The position numbers and the translations under genes were made by a program. DNA of 64,000 nucleotides from Haliotis rubra (Eukaryota), in NCBI RefSeq assembly GCF_003918875.1, contig NW_025766670.1, positions 496,001 to 560,000 of the forward strand, given 5' to 3'. The notes under the pieces are model-generated. The model was not told the origin of the DNA. It saw only the letters and a program-made list of their open reading frames with translations, and ran no database searches. Below, piece by piece: positions 12,960 through 26,245 of the stretch; within the stretch, counting starts at the first letter, position 1, and every line of letters begins with the position of its first letter.

Positions 12960-14400
12960 CTCTGTGTTACACTATGGGCACTATGGAACATCTACCTCTT
13001 TGTTACACCCAAGACCATCTACATTGTACCTCTGTGGGACGCCATCTACCTCTACCAAAGGCCAAATACCACCATTACATTACACCACGGACCATTTGCC
13101 TATGTGGTACGCCAAGGACCATCCACCTCTGTGTTACATTATCTACCTCTGTGTTACATCACCTAATTCTGTGTTACGGCAAAGACCATCTACCTCTGTG
13201 TTACATCATCTACCTCTGTGTTACATCATCTACCTCTGTGTTACATCATCTACCCTCTGTGTAACATCATCTACCCCCTGTGTAACATCATCTACCTCTG
13301 TGTAACATCATCTACCTCTGTGTTACATCATCTACCTCTGTGTTACATCATCTACCCCTGTGTTACATCATCTACCTCTGTGTTACATCATCTACCTCCC
13401 CTGTGTTACATCATCTACCTCTGTGTTACATCATCTACCTCTGTTACATCATCTACCTCTGTGTAACATCATCTACCTCTGTTACATCATCTACCTCTGT
13501 TACATCATTTACCTCATCATCATCTACCTCTGTTACATCATCTAGCTCTGTGTTACATCATCTACCTCTGTTACATCATTTACCTCTATGTAAGATCATC
13601 TAGCTCTGTGTAACATCATCTACCTCTGTTACACCATCTACCTCCATCTACCTCTGTGTTACATTATCTACCTCTGTGTTACATCATCTACCTCTGTGTT
13701 ACATCATCTACCTCTGTGTTACATCATCTACCTACATCATCTACCTGTGTTACATCATCTACCTCTGTGTAACATCATCTACCCCTGTGTTACATCATCT
13801 ACCTCTGTGTTACATCATCTACCTCTCTGTTACATCATTTACCTCTGTGTAACATCATCTACCTCTGTGTTACATCATTTACCTCTGTGTAACATCATCT
13901 ACCTCTGTGTAACATCATCTACCCCTGTATTACATCACCTAACTCTGTGTTACGGCAAAGACCATCTACCTCTGTGTAACATCATCTAGCTCTGTGTTAC
14001 ATCATCTACCTGTCTTACATCACCTAGATCTGTGTTACATCATCTACCTGTCTTACATCATCTAGCTCTGTGTTACATCATCTACCTCTGTTACATCATT
14101 TACCTCTATGTAAGATCATCTAGCTCTGTGTCACATCATCTACCTCTGTGTAACATCATCTACCTCTGTGTAAGATCATCTAGCTCTGTGTCACATCATC
14201 TACCGTTGTGTAAGATCATCTAGCTCTGTGTTACATCATCTACCTGTCTTACATCACCTAGATCTGTGTTACAGCAAAGACCATCTACCTCTGTGTCACA
14301 TCATCTACCGTTGTGTAAGATCATCTAGCTCTGTGTTACATCATCTACCTGTCTTACATCACCTAGATCTGTGTTACAGCAAAGACCATCTACCATTGTG
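12960..14400. repeat. 20-bp tandem repeat
   Basis: Unit TACCTCTGTGTTACATCATC; diverged left flank. Confidence 0.95.
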
Positions 14401-15390
14401 TTGTACTAGGAACATATCTCTGCATTATCAACATTATCTCGACAGTGGTACCTTTAGTTTTCTTTAAAACCCTCCAGACTATTCCAGTGTATATTTACAC
14501 GAATTTCTTTCATCAACAAAGTGAGCGGCAACTGTAGATTTAGTGGACTGTTTGATGACTGACCATCCCTCAGATGTTCGTCCCATACATCACGGCAGTT
14601 ATTTCAGGCCCCGCGCTTTCAAACAGGTTAGCAGTGATTAACACATATGTCGACCAAGTAATTACTTTTTTAGCGATGTTCCGAAGTTTAAGCCACGTGT
14701 CAATTCCTTCCTGAAGCATGAAGCTGATGAAAACGGACTCTGGTCCCTGTGTTGGACCGTTATCTTTAAACAGAGGAATCAGCAGGGGGGGTCGGGTTTC
14801 CGTTCCTCAAAGGGATGGGTCATTAACGGTCAGGTTCATCCTGCAACAGCATCCAGGTCGGTGGATGGTGGAATGTGAACATCTACCGAGGTGATGAGCT
14901 ACCGTAACGGGACATTCAATAATATATTGTCTCTCTTGACCATCTGATGCGGCTTCCGGTGCTCCGGGAGTAATGGCGGAGATACAGTTTACCCGGGGTG
15001 ATATAAAACTGTGATCGGAGATTGCGGTGGAATGGGAATGGTGCTGCGTCACGGAGACTGCTGACAGGTGTTAATCCGCCACATCAGAGGGTGCGTGCCG
15101 CGGGCTATCAACTCCCCACACGATTTACACACGCGTGAGGACATCAGTTGACCTCAAGTGACCCGTAGACGCTGTGTGACCTGGTGTGACCTCACACGGA
15201 GGCACATCATGGCATGGAGTCTATAGAGTCTTGTGTTGCTGTCATAATGGCCGCATTGATGATCTTATTAAAACTGTTTATAATGACTTAGCTTCGCGAA
15301 TCACTGTCGTCCCTCAAAACCTGGACATCAGTACATCTCACCCTCGATTTCTCACCCTCACGTAATATGGACGTGAAGACATCTCCGACA

Positions 15391-15391
<1 letters not shown>

Positions 15392-15442
<51 letters not shown>
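15392..15442. repeat. (CA)n microsatellite
   Basis: Perfect CA run. Confidence 0.98.
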
Positions 15443-15444
<2 letters not shown>

Positions 15445-16189
15445 CGTCTCAATCAACAACCCCGACTTTAATGTCCCCGAGTAAAATACGACACATCCCG
15501 TATTTGTATATATCAAATTTCATTTTCAAAACATACGAGTGAGATCAGTCTGTAAATGTAGAAATGTGTTCATCGTAGGTATGGACCTCTCTAGTTTCAT
15601 ATTTACCCTATCAACTGCCACGTTTACCACGATAACTCTATGATGAGGTGGAATGCGATGATTACATGAGACCTTACTGACACAAGTCTAACATAAAGAT
15701 GTGTCATCACAGAAATGGACAACATGGTTGCTTCGCAGCACCAACAGAGAATTGGTATTGGTTCCAACATCATGACATAGATCGACTTCTAAAGAGTAAT
15801 TGCAACAACGTACCGTTATCCAGAAAGTGAATCACAATTTAAAAAGAAACGTATCGTCCATTCTCTTATTATGAGGGCTATGTTACATGTTGGTAGATGA
15901 AAGTGTGTAGCTGCTCTCAACAGACATTATACGAGGTTTACTATTATCTGAGCGTTATAGAGTTTAGAACGGTAGTTTGTCAGTCTCGAGATAGTGACAG
16001 TGACCAATGTCAAGTCTCAACGTCTCCGTCGCACCGTCGTCGCCTGCCATTCTTGACGCAGTCTCCTATAAACCACGGCGGCACATGGAGGTGCGTTCAC
16101 CTGCTCCAATGATTTTGCCGTCTCTGTCAACCACTGAGGTAGAAAGGCGCATGAGTTAGTATATGAATGCGTTAACGTTAATATACACC

Positions 16190-16825
16190 ATAGCCGTTTC
16201 TTGTAAATCACGGCGGTGAGAACCGAACACAGGGCGGAGTAGGAGTGCCTTAAGATTAAGATGAACAGTGATTGCGTTTTCTTATAAACCACGACAAAAG
16301 AGAAGCGAGCACGGTGGGGCGGTAGAGAGGCGAACACAGGGCGGTGTAAGTGCGTTAATATACCCCAGCAATTGCCTTTCTTATAAACCGGGCGGTACAG
16401 AGGCGAACACGGGGCGGTGTAAGTGCGTTAATATACCCCAGCAATTGCCTTTCCTTATAAACCGGGCGGTACAGAGGCGAACACGGGGCGGTGTATAAGT
16501 GCGTTAATATACCCCAGCAATTGTCTTTCCTTATAAACCGGGCGGTACAGAGGCGAACACGGGGCGGTGTGAGTACGTAAATATACCCCAGCAATTGCCT
16601 TTCCTTATAACCCGGGCGGTAGAGAGGCGAACACGGGGCGGTGTATAAGTGCGTTTATATACCCCAGCAATTGCCTTTTCTTATGAACCCTGGCGGTATA
16701 GAGGCAAATACAGGGCGATGTTTAAGTGCGTTTATTTTGCCTTTTAGCTCCAGTAATGGTCCTTACTTTAAAACTTCGGCGGTAGAGGAGCGAAGACAGG
16801 GCGGTGTACAAGAGCGTTAATATGC
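16190..16825. repeat. 74-76-bp tandem repeat
   Basis: Unit GGCGGTACAGAGGCGAACACGGGGCGGTGTAAGTGCGTTAATATACCCCAGCAATTGCCTTTCCTTATAAACCG at 16391, 16465, 16541, 16615; diverged edge copies. Confidence 0.92.
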
Positions 16826-17305
16826 CTCAACGACTGTTTGTCATAGCGCCACGGGAGAGAAGCGCACAAGGAAATAGCGTGGGTGTGTTAATAAAACCCA
16901 GAGAATACACTCTTGTTGAATAATCGTTTGTACAGACAATATTATATTGTAGGAAATCTGTTCTACATACAACATTTTCGTGTGTGTCATCTGGTCTGCA
17001 GACCGTTTCATTTGATGTGCAGTAAATTTTACAGACTATGTTATTTGTATTTTTAATAAGTTGTAAAGATAGCACTGTCTGGCTGCTTAATGGGAAGTTC
17101 AGGCAGTATCACCTGGTTATTTGATGAGGTGTTCGGTAGGTACAGATTGTTTACTCAGTTATGCAAACAATACTACTCAGTATGTTAGTCAGTTGTGGAA
17201 ACATTATTGTCTTGATGTTTCATCGGCTGTACACAAAACGATGTTCACAGGTATTACTTCGTTCTTTCGTTCGCTGCCCACACATCATTACATGGTCGTT
17301 TAAGC

Positions 17306-17512
17306 AGTGATTGAGTGAGTTTAGTTTCACGCCGCACTCAGCAATATTCCAGCTATATGGCGGCGGTCTGTAAATAATCGAGTCTGGACCAGACAATCCA
17401 GTGATCAACAGCATGAGCATCGATCTGCGCCTGACCACCCGATCCCGTTAGTCGCCTTTTACGACAAGAATAGGTTGCTGAAGACCTATTCTACCCCGGA
17501 TCTTCACGGGTC
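17306..17512 (-). mobile_element. SINE family B with internal deletion
   Basis: Both ends present; TSD GT(C/T)GTTTAAG. Confidence 0.88.
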
Positions 17513-17583
17513 GTTGTTTAAGTAACTTCTCTGAGTGGCATATTTAGAAGTTGGTGATTCAGATAATGAGAAACTTTATGGAT

Positions 17584-17683
17584 GAACAACTTCTTGATTC
17601 AGGTGATGCGATGTTTCGATACAGATTCTTGTATTGTTGTCAAGAATATGTATGAAAAAGTCGCAACACCTGAATAAAGAAGT
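17584..17683. mobile_element. Decayed Penelope-like palindrome, same family as 42961-43112
   Basis: GTTTCGATACAGATTCTTGTATTGTTGTCAAG shared with the 43-kb palindrome; outer arms still inverted. Confidence 0.55.
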
Positions 17684-17822
17684 CCTTATCAGTTTGTCCT
17701 TATCAGTTCAGTAGTTGTGCAGACAGTATTACCTGATGATTGATCAGTTGTTAAATTCAGTTGGTCAGATATTATTCAATGTAGTCGAATACACCTGTTT
17801 AGTTTGCATACCATGTTTAAAA

Positions 17823-18212
17823 TATACCCATCAAAGATTTAGACTCACTTAGAGCACTCACTATATGTTATGTCGATATATATCGTTACATCGAAGATGA
17901 ATTCCTCTACTAACTTGGGGCAGCCAACTGCAAACCTTATGCAGATGAATTGCACGAAGATCATGCATCAAATGTGCAAATATCGTGCACAGCTGCGTTT
18001 TGTTAAGAATTCGTCAGTTTTCACTGAGTTTCATCATTTATTGAACTCATGACAAAAAACATTTCAACGTTACAAATGCGTTTTACAATACATCAGTTCA
18101 TGTGTAAACAGTACCTTTGAACAGTATGGAATATTTTGCAAAATCAAGTTTATAACAGTTCACTGAAGTGGCTACATTTACACAAGTGAGTCTAAACTTT
18201 TGACGGGTAGTA
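17823..18212. mobile_element. MITE family 1, inverted relative to 1937-2349
   Basis: Same TIRs and internal sequence in opposite orientation. Confidence 0.85.
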
Positions 18213-18891
18213 TATGTTGTTCAGACATTAGTACCTGCTTCTCTAATCAGTTATATAACGATCCACGGATCATCTAATTTTGACCATAGCTGTGAGAAAA
18301 CTGACTTTGCCAGTAAACAGGGCATTTCTCCTGACTCAACGTCGCGATCCCAGACAACGCACCTGCAATGTTCAATCTGGACACTGGGGACTTGTCTCAA
18401 TCAAACAGAGTATCTAATGACCTTGCAACATTTGCTAAAACAATAAACAGGAGTCATAAAACGGTTTCAGGTAAACCATTAAAGCCATATAAAACATAAT
18501 ACACCCTGACATCTGCCAAGACGATGCTGTTGGTTCCCCACGTGGTACAGGACGCTGTGCGACGAGGGGTGTGTGTGGGTGTTGCAGGGTTTCTTCTGAG
18601 TTTCAACACGCATCGTTCTGCGCACCGACTTCCGTCCGCTGTCCACATCTCTGCTTACACATACCAGCATTTATGCATTTTTGAACATTTGTATGAATGA
18701 TAAATTAAAAGAAAGGGAAACTGTAATCTATTTGACTAGTTTCCCTTTCTGTTCCACACACAGAAAAGGCTCTCTGAAATGTTTGTCTCTCTCGTATCAA
18801 AATAAAAGTATGATTTCATCTGGTGACATTGCATTTTCTCTTTCTGAATGCATCACATAAATGGATAAATTTGGTTTATTATCATACAGAC

Positions 18892-19122
18892 ACCCGTGAA
18901 GATCCGGTTTAGAATCGGTCTTCTGTAACCCATGCTTGTCATAAGAGGCGACTAACGGGATCGGGTGGTCAGGCTCGCTAACTTGGTTGACACATGTCAT
19001 CGTATCCCCTAAGCATAGCTCGATGCTCATGCTGTCAATCACTTGGTTGTCTGGTCAAGATTATTCAATTATTTACAGAGTGTTTGAAACATGCTGAATG
19101 CGACCTTAAGCAACAAACAAAC
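18892..19122 (+). mobile_element. SINE family B, full length, (CAAA)n tail
   Basis: ACCCGTGAAGATCC...GAGGCGACTAACGGGATCGGGTGGTCAGGCTCGC...CAACAAACAAAC. Confidence 0.88.
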
Positions 19123-20095
19123 ATATACCTCTGCAGTGTCTTCTTATTCTTCCTGATATAGTTTCCTGATAACCAACTGAACACGGTTAGATTTTACCTC
19201 CACCAATTGTGTTGTTCATCTAAGTAATACTTTATACAAGAAAATGAAAAGTCGATTACAAAATTCGTATCCATTATCTATAGCCCTTCATTGATGTAAG
19301 GCAAGTTGTTTTTAGAAGTATTATTTAAGACACCACACTGAAGACTTTTTAATTAACACAGGCGATGACAATTAAAAGTATGAAGCTCAGATCCTGGTCG
19401 ATAACGTTCCTGTCGTACATTAGACCGTTGTGGAACGAGCTCCAATAATCACAGTGAATGGATACAAAATAATGAAATACGTGACTCTAGGTCTTTACAC
19501 GAGTTTATGGGTTTGTTTCGTTTACTCAGACAAGACACATTACACCACAGTGTCCGTCTTTGAGAGATGCCGACCTGTTATGTTGGGACATCGTATTAAG
19601 ACATGCCGTGTGTCTGGCCAATGAGTGGAGGGACAAAAGACCTGGATACTACGAGTCCCTCACTCACTCATAATCATATCTCATTAACTACACCAGTAAC
19701 AACATGATGAGACAATATAGAGACATTTCAAACCGGGATAACGTGTCACGTGACCTCCCTGATCTCCACATCAAAGATGTCCTCCTGCGAAATGAAGCAT
19801 ATCGTTGCCCCAGACAACGTCCAATCAGCCTCAGCACCTGCTCCTTTCATCTGCGTCTCGCTGGTCAAGCCCAAGTGTCGCTACAGAAGGATGTTAATCG
19901 CCCTACCCCAGGGGGCTGTATATGTTTCCACGTGGATACCCCACACCCCTGGACAGGTGGGGGTCAGGTTTCCGTGTCAACAGCTAGTATCATACTGTAA
20001 CCACACTGTACACACACACGTGTCCTTTAACGTATGGCGATGACAAACTGTTATTAATCTATAAGACTATGCTTGGAATGGCGCGTGGGAAATGG

Positions 20096-20256
20096 TTTGG
20101 TTTGGTTTGGTTTGGTTAGGTTTGGTTGGTGTTTAATGCTGCACTCAGCAATATTCTAGCTATATAGCAGCCATCTGCGAATAATCGAATCAGGACCAGA
20201 CAATCCAGTGATCAACATCATGAGCATCGATATACGCAAGTTCGATACCATGGCAT
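20096..20256 (-). mobile_element. 5'-truncated SINE family B
   Basis: Perfect 12-bp TSD CGTGGGAAATGG (20084-20095 and 20257-20268); tail reads (TTTGG)n on + strand. Confidence 0.88.
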
Positions 20257-20663
20257 CGTGGGAAATGGGTGGCTTGGCTCTTTGTACTTCAGCTTATACC
20301 ACGACAGGTGAAGTAACGTAGACCTGTGGGTTTCGATCTAACGGGTAATGGTCCGTCTAAAGTAAACATATTGCACATGCAAAGTAACCTGGAGGCATGA
20401 CGGGGACAAGACACAAAGGTCACGACGTTCAGACACAGCTACGTCCACAATATGTCAACAGTTCGATCAGCTGATATTTAGTTTCATCATATCATATAGA
20501 ACTGTTCCCCTTGGTTATTTACGGAGAAGTGTCCAAACATGTATTTATTAAGCCAGGTGGGTACTAGGTTCAGGTTTTCATTCAAATATGGCGTCGTCTT
20601 TGGCCATAATAAATTCCTTATCAAAATTATTATTCATTAGAAAAATAAGCAATATTTACATAT

Positions 20664-20664
<1 letters not shown>

Positions 20665-20722
<58 letters not shown>

Positions 20723-20730
20723 TATAGATA
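20665..20730. repeat. (GATA)n microsatellite
   Basis: GATA run. Confidence 0.98.
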
Positions 20731-21559
20731 TATATCCGTTTCAGTTGTTGTCAGACATTACAGGAGCAATGCTACTGTACTGCAACTGGGCAAAGATATC
20801 TACTACAGCTAATAATACATCCACACAATGTGGTAATTCATTAGTCGAAAAAGGAAGAAATCTCTGGGCTCTTTTTATTATATTTTATGAATACAAGTTA
20901 GAAATCACTTTTGTAAAATATGTATATTTCAGAGACTGGATGTTAGTCGACAGCGGGACGAACCGACATAGACCTACTGTAACGCACCGACTGTGATCAC
21001 CCGCCATACCACCGGCACTACATAGCGGATTCACTGCTTGCACAGCATGACGGACAATGTCCCAGATGTAACGGCAGGCCGTTACTGAGCTAATTCCTGG
21101 AAGACGTACATTGCCCCGGATGTAGGGGGATGGGGGAAGGGGAGGGGTTGTTACAGAGCGTTATCTTCAGGTAAAAGGATCTTCTCCTCGCGCATGTCTC
21201 GGGAATGTTGAAGATTATTAGCAGGGCTGTGTTCCGCCCGCTGTAAACACGACCGTGCGGTGTAGGATCTGTACACTGTGACGTATCACCTGGTTCTCTG
21301 TGGGTATTCTCAGCATCCTTTGCTATTTCTGTGTGATTTAGTGTATGCTATTACACGGATATTGGCTGTATCCTCACATGTGATTATTGTACCCAAGACA
21401 GATTAGCCTACAACAGGCCGTCCTGCCGACTGTCAGGGGGCGAGAATGGCGACATGTTGCTGCAATGTCTTCCATACACCATATCCTACCTCGACCCACC
21501 TCCATCTAACCACCCAACCCTACCGCTTCCAACCAGCGCTCCATCCTCCTCCCTGCAAC

Positions 21560-24500
21560 CAACCACCTCATCTCCGACAACCCCTGCACAACCACATCAC
21601 CACCAACATCTGTACATCCTCACCCCCACCCACCTCTGCACAACCACCCCAACCCCACCCACCTCTCCACAACCACCTCACCCCACCCACCTCTGCACAA
21701 CCGCCTCACCCCGCCCACCTCTGCACAACCACCTCACCCTCGCCCACCTCTGTACATCCACATCACCACCCACCTCTGCACAATCGCCCCCCACCCCACC
21801 CTCCTCTGCACAACCACCTCACCCCACCCACCTCTCTGCACAACCACTTCACCCCACCCTCCTCTGCACAACCACTTCACCCCACCCTCCTCTGCACAAC
21901 CACCTCACCCCACCCACCTCTGCACAACCACTTCACCACCCTACTCCTCTGCACAACCCCACCCACCTCCCACCACCCCTGCCCACCTCTGCACAACCAC
22001 CTCACCCCCACCCTCCTCTGCACAACCACCTCCACTCCCACCCTCCTCTGCACAACCACCTCACCCCACCCACCTCTGCACAACCACTTCACCACCCACC
22101 TCTGCAACCACCTCACCCCTGCCCACCTCTGCACAACCAACCACTCCCACCCACCTCAGCCACTGCACAACCAACCGCCCACCCCACCCACTTCTGCATA
22201 ACCACCTCACCCCACCCACCTCTGCACAACAACCACCTCTTCACCCCTCACCCTCCTCTGCACAACCACCTCTTACCCCACCCACCTCTGCACAACCACC
22301 TCATTCCCCACCCACCTCTGCATAACCACTCAATTTCCCTACCCACTCTCTGCACAACCACCTCTACCCCACCCACCTCTGCACAACCACTTCACTCACC
22401 CACATCTGCACAACCACCTCACCTCTTACCCACCCACTCTCTGCACAACCACCCCACCCACTCTCTGTCACTCACCAATTCTACCCCCACCCACCTCTGT
22501 ATAACCACTTCACTCACCCAACCTCTGCACACAACTGCCTCACTCCCCACCCACCTTCTGCACAACAACCCCACCTCCCACCCACCTTCTGCACAACCAC
22601 TTTCTACCCACCCCCTCTGCACAACCACCTCTATCCTCCTGCCCACCTCTTGCACAAACCACTTCACCACTCCACCTTTCTGCACAACCACCCCACCCCC
22701 ACCCACCCTTCTGCATAACCATTTCACTCACCCACCTTCTGCACAACTGCTGCCTCACCCCTGCCGACTCTGCACAACCACTCATCCTCTCTGCCCACCT
22801 CTGCACAACTGCCTCCTCCCCCCCACTCCACCTTCTGCACAACCAATCCACCCCACCCAACTCTGCACAACCACTTCACCACCCACTTCTGCACGACTGC
22901 CTCTCACCCCACCCACCTCTCTGCACAACCACTCCTACCCCCACCCACCTCTGCACAACCACTTTCACTCACTCCACTTCTGCACAACTGCCTCACCCCC
23001 ACCCACCTCTGCACAACCACTTCACCATCCACCCTCCTGCACAACCACCTCATCCCCGCCCACATCTGCACAACCACCTCACCACTCACCACCCACCTCT
23101 GCACAACCTCATCCCCACCCACCTCTCTGCACAACCACATCACCCCCCACCCACCTTTCTGCACAACCACTTCACCACCCACCTCTGCACAACCACCTCA
23201 CCCCCGCCCACCTCTTGCACAACCACATCTGCACAACCACCTCACCACCACCCACCTCTGCACAACCCTCACCCCCGCCCACCTCTGCACAACCACATCA
23301 CCCCTGCCCACCTCTGCACAACCTCACCCCTGCCCACCTCTGCACAACCACCTCTCTCACCCCTGCCCACTCTTCTGCACAACCACCTCACCACCACCCA
23401 CCTCTGCACAACCTCACCCCTGCCCACTCTCTTGCACAACCACCCTCTCACCCCCTGCCCACCTCTGCACAACCACATCTGCACAACCACCTCACCCTCC
23501 CCTGCCCACCTCTGTACATCCTCACCCCACCCACCTCTGCACAACCAACCCAGCCCCACCCACCTCTGCACAACCACTCCCACCCCTGACCACCTTCTGT
23601 ACATCCTCACCTCCCACCCACCTCTCTGCACAACCACCTCACCCCACCCACCTCTGTACAACCACCTCACCCCTGACCACCTTCTGTACATCCTCCACCC
23701 CACACCCACCTCTGCACAACCACCTCACCCCTGACCACTCTCTGTACATCCTCACTCCCACCCACCTCTGCACAACCACCTCACCCCACCCACCTCTGTA
23801 CAACCACCTCCTCACCCCTGACCTCACCTCTGTACATCCTCACCCCACCCACCTCTGCACAACCACCTCACCCCCCCACCCACCTCTGCACAACCACCTC
23901 ACCCCCGACCCACCTCTGTACATCCTCACCCCACCCACCTCTGCACAACCACCTCACCCCCACCCACCCTCTGCACAACCACCACCACCCACCCCCACCC
24001 ACCTCTCTGCACAACCACTTCACCACCCACCTGTGCACAACCACCTCACCCCCCGCCCCTCCTCTCTGCACAACCCCTCACCCCCACCCACCTCTGCACA
24101 ACCACCTCACCCCGCCCACCTCTGCACAACCACATCTGCACAACCACCTCACCACCACCCACCTCTGCACAACCTCACCCCTGCCCACCTCTGCATGTCC
24201 AACCATCACACCCCTGCCCATTTCTCTGCACAACCTCACCCCCACCACACCTCTGCACAACCACTTCACCCCCGCCCACCTCTGCATTAACCACATCTGC
24301 AGAACCACCCTCACCACCACCCACCTCTGCACAACCACCTCTCACCCACCCACCTCTGCACAACCACCTCACCCCCACCCACCTCTGCACAACCACATCA
24401 CCCCCGCCCACCTCTGCACAACCACATCTGCACAACCACCTCACCCCTGCCCACCTCTGCACAACCACATCTGCACAACCACCTCACCACCACCCACCTC

Positions 24501-24803
24501 TGCACAACCACATCATCCCCCGCCCACCTCTGCACAACCACCTCTCACCCACCCACCTCTGCACAACCACCTCACCCCCGCCCACCTCTGCACAACCACA
24601 TCTGCACAACCACCTCACCACCACCCACCTCTGCACAACCACCTCACCCCCACCCACCTCTGCACAACCACCTCTCCCCCACCCACCTCTGCACAACCAC
24701 CTCACCACCACCCACCTCACCACCACCCACCTCTGCACAACCACCTCTCACCCACCCACCTCTGCACAACCACCTCGCCTCCACCCACCTCTGCACAACC
24801 ATC
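21560..24803. repeat. ~28-bp C-rich minisatellite
   Basis: Unit CCCACCTCTGCACAACCACCTCACCCCA with many indels. Confidence 0.95.
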
Positions 24804-25065
24804 TCGCCTTCCTCCTTGCTCCCACTCCTACACGGTGTCTTGCTGCACACCGTTACCAGCGTGTACGGAATATGGGTACATGTGTGTTGGTGTTCCACAG
24901 AGACTTCAGTCGAGACATCCCAAACATTCCACCTTTAATACACTGGACCAACACAATCCCGGACTAGCATGGTTCTGACGTATCGCCAGCTAACTTTCCA
25001 ACTTTCTGTGAAAATATTTTAAGCTCACTGAATCTTATCGTCAGAGACGTAGATAAGTATGTACT

Positions 25066-26245
25066 CAAACCTCATCATCAGCGATGTGGGTAAACCTGCA
25101 ACCTACAATTTCGATGCGATGTCAGTGAACCCGCATCCACCCTTTTCGCCTGCCATGTAAGTATAGCTGTAACCAACTCCATCGCCAACCAAGTAAGTCA
25201 AGCCATCCTCATCATCAGCGATGTCGGTAAACCTGCAACCTGCAATCTCGATGCGATGTCAGTGAACCGGCATCCACCCTTTTCGCCTGCCATGTAAGTA
25301 TAGCTGTAACCAACTCCATCGCCAACCAAGTAAGTCAAGCTTCAGCCATCCTCATCATCAGCGATGTGGGTAAACCTGCAACCTGCAATCTCGATGCGAT
25401 GTCAGTGAACCGGCATCCACCCTTTTCGCCTGCCATGTAAGTATAGCTGTAACCAACTCCATCGCCAACCAAGCAAGTCAAGCTTCAGCCATCCTCATCA
25501 TCAGCGATGTGGGTAAACCTGCAACCTGCACCTGTAATCTCGATGCGATGTCAGTGAACCCGCATCCACCCTTTTCGCCTGCCATGTAAGTATAGCTGTA
25601 ACCAACTCCATCGCCAACCAAGTAAGTCAAGCCATCCTCATCATCAGCGATGTCGGTAAACCTGCAACCTGCAATCTCGATGCGATGTCAGTGAACCGGC
25701 ATCCACCCTTTTCGCCTGCCATGTAAGTATAGCTGTAACCAACTCCATCGCCAACCAAGTAAGTCAAGCTTCAGCCATCCTCATCATCAGCGATGTGGGT
25801 AAACCTGCAACCTGCAATCTCGATGCGATGTTAGTGAACCCGCATCCACCCTTTTCGCCTGCCATGTAAGTATAGCTGTAACCAACTCCATCGCCAACCA
25901 AGCAAGTCAAGCTTCAGCCATCCTCATCATCAGCGATGTGGGTAAACCTGCAACCTGCAACCTGCAATCTCGATGCGATGTCAGTGAACCCGCATCCACC
26001 CTTTTCGCCTGCCATGTAAGTATAGCTGTAACCAACTCCATCGCCTACCAGGCAAGTCAAGCTTCAGCCATCCTCATCATCAGCGATGTGGGTAAACCTG
26101 CAACCTGCAACCTGCAACCTGCAATCTCGATGCGATGTCAGTGAACCCGCATCCACCCTTTTCTCCTGACATATAAGTATAGCTGTAACCAACTCCATCG
26201 CCTACCAAGTAAGTCAAACCTCAACCATCCTCATCATCAGCGATG
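25066..26245. repeat. 143-bp tandem repeat, ~8 copies
   Basis: CTCATCATCAGCG at 25071, 25208, 25351, 25494, 25637, 25780, 25923, 26073, 26230. Confidence 0.97.

Noticed and set aside
19704-20043. Short ORFs in unique DNA (also 3579-3869, 43301-43570, 58540-58740, 61010-61345)
   Set aside because: No recognisable domain or coherent exon chain; lengths expected by chance.
21454-23589. 711-aa Pro/His-rich ORF
   Set aside because: Translation of a 28-bp minisatellite with random indels.
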